From Candidatus Sericytochromatia bacterium (GTDB taxonomy: Bacteria; Cyanobacteriota; Sericytochromatia; S15B-MN24; UBA4093): a stretch of DNA of 64,000 nt. Location of the stretch: positions 64,001-128,000 of the forward strand of contig JAKFBU010000056.1 in the NCBI GenBank assembly GCA_036676985.1, written 5' to 3'. Under the pieces are notes generated by a model. It searched no databases. It was given only the letters and a program-made list of their open reading frames with translations, and was not told the origin of the DNA. Every line of letters begins with the position of its first letter. Position 1 is the first letter of the stretch. Shown piece by piece: positions 59,974 through 64,000 of this stretch. Both the position numbers and the translations under genes were made by a program.

Positions 59974-60037
59974 ATTTGTCTCGCTCGGCTCGTTTCGCAC
60001 CGACCGAGGGGGGTATGCCTCCGTCGAGGAGGTGCGA

Positions 60038-60142
60038 ATGGGCAAACAACCGATCACCCTGGGCGAGCGCGGCCTGTACATGATTCTGGCCGTGCTTGCG
60101 GCCATGGCGCTCCAGATCAGCCTGTTTCTCTCCCAGCCGTAG
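60038..60142 (+). CDS. 34-aa single-helix membrane microprotein
   Basis: GAGGAGG RBS; MGKQPITLGERGLYMILAVLAAMALQISLFLSQP. Confidence 0.6.
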   Translation: MGKQPITLGERGLYMILAVLAAMALQISLFLSQP

Positions 60143-60202
60143 ACTCCCGTCGGCGCATGGGCTACGATCCGGCAACGTTCCAGGTGTGCCAGGAGGTAGC
60201 CC

Positions 60203-60982
60203 GTGCGCATCGACTTCGCCTTCAGTCCCCTCGAGCTGGCGGCTTTCGGGGACCTCTCCCACCGCACGGTGGTGGTCATCGACGTCCTGCGGGCGACGAC
60301 CACCATCGCGCAGGCGCTCGCCTCGGGCGCCACGGGGATCTGTCCGGTGTCCGATGCCGACGAGGCCCGAGCACTCGCCAGGGCGCTCCAGGCCGAAGCG
60401 CCCCTGCTCACGGGTGAGGCGCTGGGCCACAAGCTGCCCGGCTTCGACCTGGGCAACTCCCCGCGCGAGATGACGCCCGACGCCGTCTCCGGGCGCCTGC
60501 TCATCATGGCCACCACCAACGGCACCCGCACCCTGGCCCTCGCCAAGGGGGCCAAGCGCGTCGTGACCGCCGCCTTCACCAACCTCGGGGCCGTGGTCGG
60601 CACCTTCCTGCGGGACCCGCAGGACCTGCTGGTGGCCTGCGCCGGTCGCGAGGGGATGGCGGCCCTGGAAGACACCGTCTGCGGCGGCTACCTCATCGAG
60701 CGGATCGAGAACGGGCTCGACCTCGACCTGCAGATGGGCGACGCCGCGCTGCTCGCCCAGGCCGCGAGCGAGCCTTACGATCGCGTGCTCGACATGCTCT
60801 GGCGCTCGGAGCACGGTCGCTTCCTGGTGAAGCAGGGGCTGGAGGCGGATTTGCCCGCCTGTGCCGCCATGGACAGCCTCGCGATCCTGCCCCAGCTCGA
60901 GGCTGGACGCCTCGTCATCGGCGAAGAGCTCGCCGGGTCGAGCCCTTTGACCCTCCGGTGGGGCGGTGTGCCGGGCGAATAG
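60203..60982 (+). CDS. comB: 2-phosphosulfolactate phosphatase family protein
   Basis: VVVIDVLRATTTI, GFDLGNSP, TTNGT, ALEDTVCGG; AGGAGG RBS. Confidence 0.92.
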   Translation: MRIDFAFSPLELAAFGDLSHRTVVVIDVLRATTTIAQALASGATGICPVSDADEARALARALQAEAPLLTGEALGHKLPGFDLGNSPREMTPDAVSGRLLIMATTNGTRTLALAKGAKRVVTAAFTNLGAVVGTFLRDPQDLLVACAGREGMAALEDTVCGGYLIERIENGLDLDLQMGDAALLAQAASEPYDRVLDMLWRSEHGRFLVKQGLEADLPACAAMDSLAILPQLEAGRLVIGEELAGSSPLTLRWGGVPGE

Positions 60983-61091
60983 CCAACTCCTCTCTGGACA
61001 GCGCGCGCCAAATTGTGCCACCATGGGCCAAATGGCAGCAGCCGGGCATGCCTTAGCCCGGACGAGCAGTAGAGGAGAGGTACCCAGCCCC

Positions 61092-62186
61092 ATGGCCCAT
61101 CGCGTCACGTTGATCCCCGGAGACGGCATCGGTCCCGAAATCACCGCAGCCACGGTCCGCTGTCTGGAGGCCACCGGCGTCCAGTTCGAGTGGGAGCGCT
61201 TCGATGCCGGCGCCGACTACATGGCCCGCACCGGCGACACCACGCCGCTGCCCCAGGCGGTCATCGACTCGATCAAGAAGAACAAGATCGCCCTCAAGGG
61301 CCCCTTGACCACGCCTGTCGGCAAGGGCTTCCGCTCGGTGAACGTGGCCATGCGCCAGGAGCTCGATCTTTACTCGTGCGTGCGGCCCTGCCGAGTCTAC
61401 CCGGCCATCGACACCCGCTTCCCCGAGGTGGACCTCGTGATCGTCCGCGAGAACACCGAGGACCTCTACGCCGGCATCGAGTTCGAGCAGGGCTCCGAGG
61501 GCGTCCGGCGGATCACGGAGACGGTCGCCGAGCTCACGCAGAAGACGCTCTCCGACGACGTGGCCATCTCGCTCAAGCCCATCACCCAGGCGGGCTCGGA
61601 GCGCATCGTCCGCTACGCCTTCGAGTACGCGCGGCGCCACAACCGCAAGAAGGTCACGCTGGTCCACAAGGCCAACATCATGAAGTTCTCGGACGGCCTC
61701 TTCCTCGAGACGGGCCGCCGCGTCGCCCAGGACTACCCGGACATCCAGTTCGAGGACCTGATCGTCGACAACACCTGCATGCAGCTGGTGACCAACCCCA
61801 AGCGCTTCGACGTCCTCGTCACCGAGAACCTGTACGGGGACATCCTCTCGGACCTCTGCGCGGGCCTCATCGGCGGCTTGGGCGTGGCGCCGGGCGCCAA
61901 CGTCGGCACGCTCGCCACGGTCTACGAGCCGACCCACGGCTCGGCGCCGGACGTCGCGGGCAAGAATGTGGCCAACCCGCTGGCGCAGCTCTTGAGCGCC
62001 ATCATGATGCTGCGGGACCTGGGCGAGACGACGGCCGCCGACCGCCTCGAGAAGGCCATCGTCGCGTGCCTCGAGGAGCACAAGGTCACAGCCGACATCA
62101 TGCACAGCAACACCAAGGCGCTTTCGACCAGCGAGTTCGCCGACGCCATCATCGAGAAGCTCCACAAGGCCCCCGTCAACGCCTAG
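61092..62186 (+). CDS. icd: Isocitrate/isopropylmalate dehydrogenase family protein (probable isocitrate dehydrogenase)
   Basis: [60 protein letters not shown]. Confidence 0.88.
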   Translation: MAHRVTLIPGDGIGPEITAATVRCLEATGVQFEWERFDAGADYMARTGDTTPLPQAVIDSIKKNKIALKGPLTTPVGKGFRSVNVAMRQELDLYSCVRPCRVYPAIDTRFPEVDLVIVRENTEDLYAGIEFEQGSEGVRRITETVAELTQKTLSDDVAISLKPITQAGSERIVRYAFEYARRHNRKKVTLVHKANIMKFSDGLFLETGRRVAQDYPDIQFEDLIVDNTCMQLVTNPKRFDVLVTENLYGDILSDLCAGLIGGLGVAPGANVGTLATVYEPTHGSAPDVAGKNVANPLAQLLSAIMMLRDLGETTAADRLEKAIVACLEEHKVTADIMHSNTKALSTSEFADAIIEKLHKAPVNA

Positions 62187-62197
62187 GACCTCGTTCG

Positions 62198-62230
62198 AAA
62201 ACGGCCTCCGGAGGTTCCGGAGGCCGTTTT
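62198..62230. terminator. Bidirectional intrinsic terminator
   Basis: AAAACGGCCTCCGGA-ggt-TCCGGAGGCCGTTTT between convergent icd and nfi. Confidence 0.88.
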
Positions 62231-62231
62231 G

Positions 62232-62909
62232 TCATGGCTGACCCGCCTTGCGCAGGACGTTGGAGGCGAGGTGCGCCTGTCGGGTCGGCTCGGGCAGCCG
62301 GTAGCCCCGGGCGCATTCGAGGACCCAGCGGACCGCCGTCTCGTTCGAGACCCGGTGCCCGCACGAGACGAAGACGGGATTCACTCGGTCCTTGGTCCGC
62401 ACGGCGTAGCCGACGGTCTCGCCGTGGTGGACGAGCGGCGCCATGCTGCCTTTGGGCTCCGCGAGCGGATCGTGCGTCCCCACGAGGATGGACTTGCCGC
62501 AGCCGATGGTCGGCTTGTCCAGGACGAGCCCCAGGTGGGAGGCGATGCCAATGCGCCGGGGATGCGCCCGGCCATGGCCGTCCACCACGAGCAAATCCGG
62601 CTGGGTCTGGAGCTTCTCGTAGGCGGCAAGCACCAGGGGCACCTCCCGAAAGGAGAGGAGGCCCGGGATGTAGGGCATCGAGAGCGGCAGGCGCGCGCCG
62701 GCCACCTCGAGGATCGCCATGTCCGGCACCGACAGCACGACGATGGCCGCGAAGCCCTCGTCGGCGAAGCGCTGCATGGAGACGTCCACTCCGGCGATCG
62801 TGCGCACGGGACCCAGGTCGTCCTCGCAGTGCACGCGCAGGGCGAGGTCGCGCTGGAGGGCGATCGCCTCGGTGGGACTCAGGTTCCAGGGATGGACGAC
62901 GGCCGACAT
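62232..62909 (-). CDS. nfi: Endonuclease V (deoxyinosine 3' endonuclease)
   Basis: AGVDVS, PYIPGLLSFRE, VDGHGRAHPRR.GIASH, YRLPEPTRQAH. Confidence 0.95.
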   Translation of the reverse strand: MSAVVHPWNLSPTEAIALQRDLALRVHCEDDLGPVRTIAGVDVSMQRFADEGFAAIVVLSVPDMAILEVAGARLPLSMPYIPGLLSFREVPLVLAAYEKLQTQPDLLVVDGHGRAHPRRIGIASHLGLVLDKPTIGCGKSILVGTHDPLAEPKGSMAPLVHHGETVGYAVRTKDRVNPVFVSCGHRVSNETAVRWVLECARGYRLPEPTRQAHLASNVLRKAGQP

Positions 62910-62959
62910 GGCCCCACCCTAGCACGGGACGGGCGGCCTCCCTAGTTGGAAGCGGGGGT

Positions 62960-62992
62960 AAAAGGAAGGCGCCGGTCGAATGACCGGCGCCT
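62960..62992 (-). terminator. Intrinsic terminator after the Tim44-like gene
   Basis: AGGCGCCGGTC-gaat-GACCGGCGCCT, with a T-rich tail on the minus strand. Confidence 0.7.
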
Positions 62993-62998
62993 CGGGCG

Positions 62999-63997
62999 TT
63001 AGACCTGGTTGATGGCCGACAGCTTCCAGGTCGGCTCGCCGCGATCGCGGGCGAAGGTCCAGACCTCGCGGAACTCGCTCGGTTCGGTGGCCGAGCCCTC
63101 GACGATCTGGCCGTTCTTCTCGACGTAGTCGAGGAGGCGGGCGTAGATCTTGACCGTGATGTACTCGCGGGTGCCCTCGGTCCAGGCCTCCGAGAGGTCG
63201 AAGTCACGCATGACGATGTTCTTGATCACGTTGCGCTCACCCTGGGCGGCCATGCCGTCGAGATCCTCGGCGAAGTAGTCGTAGATCTCGTCGGTCGTCA
63301 GCTGCTTGAGGGTCGCGCGGTCGTTGCCGGACCAGGCCTCCTGGATCCGGAAGAAAATCCCGGAGAGCTCGTCTTCGGTCTTCTGGGTCGTGAAGCCGGG
63401 GTTGTTGAGGGCCATGGCCGCGAGCCCCTGCTCCTTGGTCTGCCGGTAGCCGCCGATGTCCGTGACGGTCGGAGCGGTCGAGGCCCCGAACATGCTCGGC
63501 GCGCCGGGCTTGGGCATGTCGGTATGGCTGAGGCCGCTACCGCCCATGGGGCTCGAGGCGGCATAGCCCGGCTGCTGCTTGTTGCGCAGCATGCGGAAGG
63601 CCATGAAGCCCAGGAAGCCGAGCAAGAGCAGCATCAGCAGGCCGCCGAATCCTCCGCCCAGGCCGCCGAACATGTTTCCGAGCATCGAGAAGAGGGCCAT
63701 GCCGCCCAGGGCGCCGAGCAAGCCCGCCATGAACGGGTTGCGCTGGAACCAGGACTGCTTGTTCTGCATGGCCGGGTTGGCCTTGGCCGGGTTGTTCCAG
63801 GGGCTCGTCACGGGCTGACGGGACTTCTGGATGGCCTGGAAGCCATTGGTCTCGGAAGTCCGCGAGCCGCGGGCGCCGAACGACGAGTACCCGCCGCTGC
63901 GCGAGCGGCCGGCGCGCGCATCGGCGCTCTCCGCGACGACTCCGCCGAGGAAGATGCCGAGGGCGGCAATGGCAAGGAATTTACGGGCGTTCAACAT
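62999..63997 (-). CDS. Tim44/TimA-like domain membrane protein
   Basis: Signal ending ADAR, SFGARGSRT, Gly-rich TM region, C-terminal F..IQEAW...EFREVWTF.R...WKLSAINQ. Confidence 0.88.
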   Translation of the reverse strand: MLNARKFLAIAALGIFLGGVVAESADARAGRSRSGGYSSFGARGSRTSETNGFQAIQKSRQPVTSPWNNPAKANPAMQNKQSWFQRNPFMAGLLGALGGMALFSMLGNMFGGLGGGFGGLLMLLLLGFLGFMAFRMLRNKQQPGYAASSPMGGSGLSHTDMPKPGAPSMFGASTAPTVTDIGGYRQTKEQGLAAMALNNPGFTTQKTEDELSGIFFRIQEAWSGNDRATLKQLTTDEIYDYFAEDLDGMAAQGERNVIKNIVMRDFDLSEAWTEGTREYITVKIYARLLDYVEKNGQIVEGSATEPSEFREVWTFARDRGEPTWKLSAINQV

Positions 63998-64000
63998 CTG

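Noticed and set aside
41669-62909. Two genes both called endonuclease V as a repair module
   Set aside because: T4-type glycosylase and Nfi are unrelated families about 20 kb apart; the shared name is coincidental.

Overview
High-GC (roughly 65-70% by eye) bacterial chromosome segment with about 52 protein genes, one IS630 element, and no recognisable rRNA, tRNA or CRISPR array. Housekeeping genes include rfaE1/rfaE2, frameshifted prfB, secA, rpmE, thyX, rsmE, rapZ-yvcK-whiA, a DEAD-box helicase, motAB, petH-type FNR, htpX, pdxJ, an lpxL-like acyltransferase, comB, an icd-family dehydrogenase and nfi. The mix of LPS genes, cyanobacterial-type FNR/YvcK/SecA, whiA, flagellar parts and no photosynthesis genes suggests a non-photosynthetic relative of Cyanobacteria such as Sericytochromatia (inference, not tested). 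Strongest leads: (1) a divergent pair of lipoproteins built from Q-x-N repeats beside a subtilase (25374-28178), a candidate undescribed functional-amyloid or beta-solenoid fibre system; (2) a rhodanese with an in-frame UGA at a CxC-equivalent site followed by a SECIS-like hairpin (34625-35110), a selenoprotein the ORF track truncates; (3) a six-gene IPT/Ig lipoprotein operon with shared N- and C-terminal motifs and a fused MauG-type di-haem enzyme (1-8630); (4) a cluster of small proteins lacking signal peptides plus a GDPH/VWD protein that look like type III export substrates (57735-59973), sharing 11-bp-phased upstream repeats with a divergent FlgG-like gene and a double-MshEN gene; (5) a 3564-aa TPR protein. 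All domain assignments come from motif recognition by eye; no searches were run.
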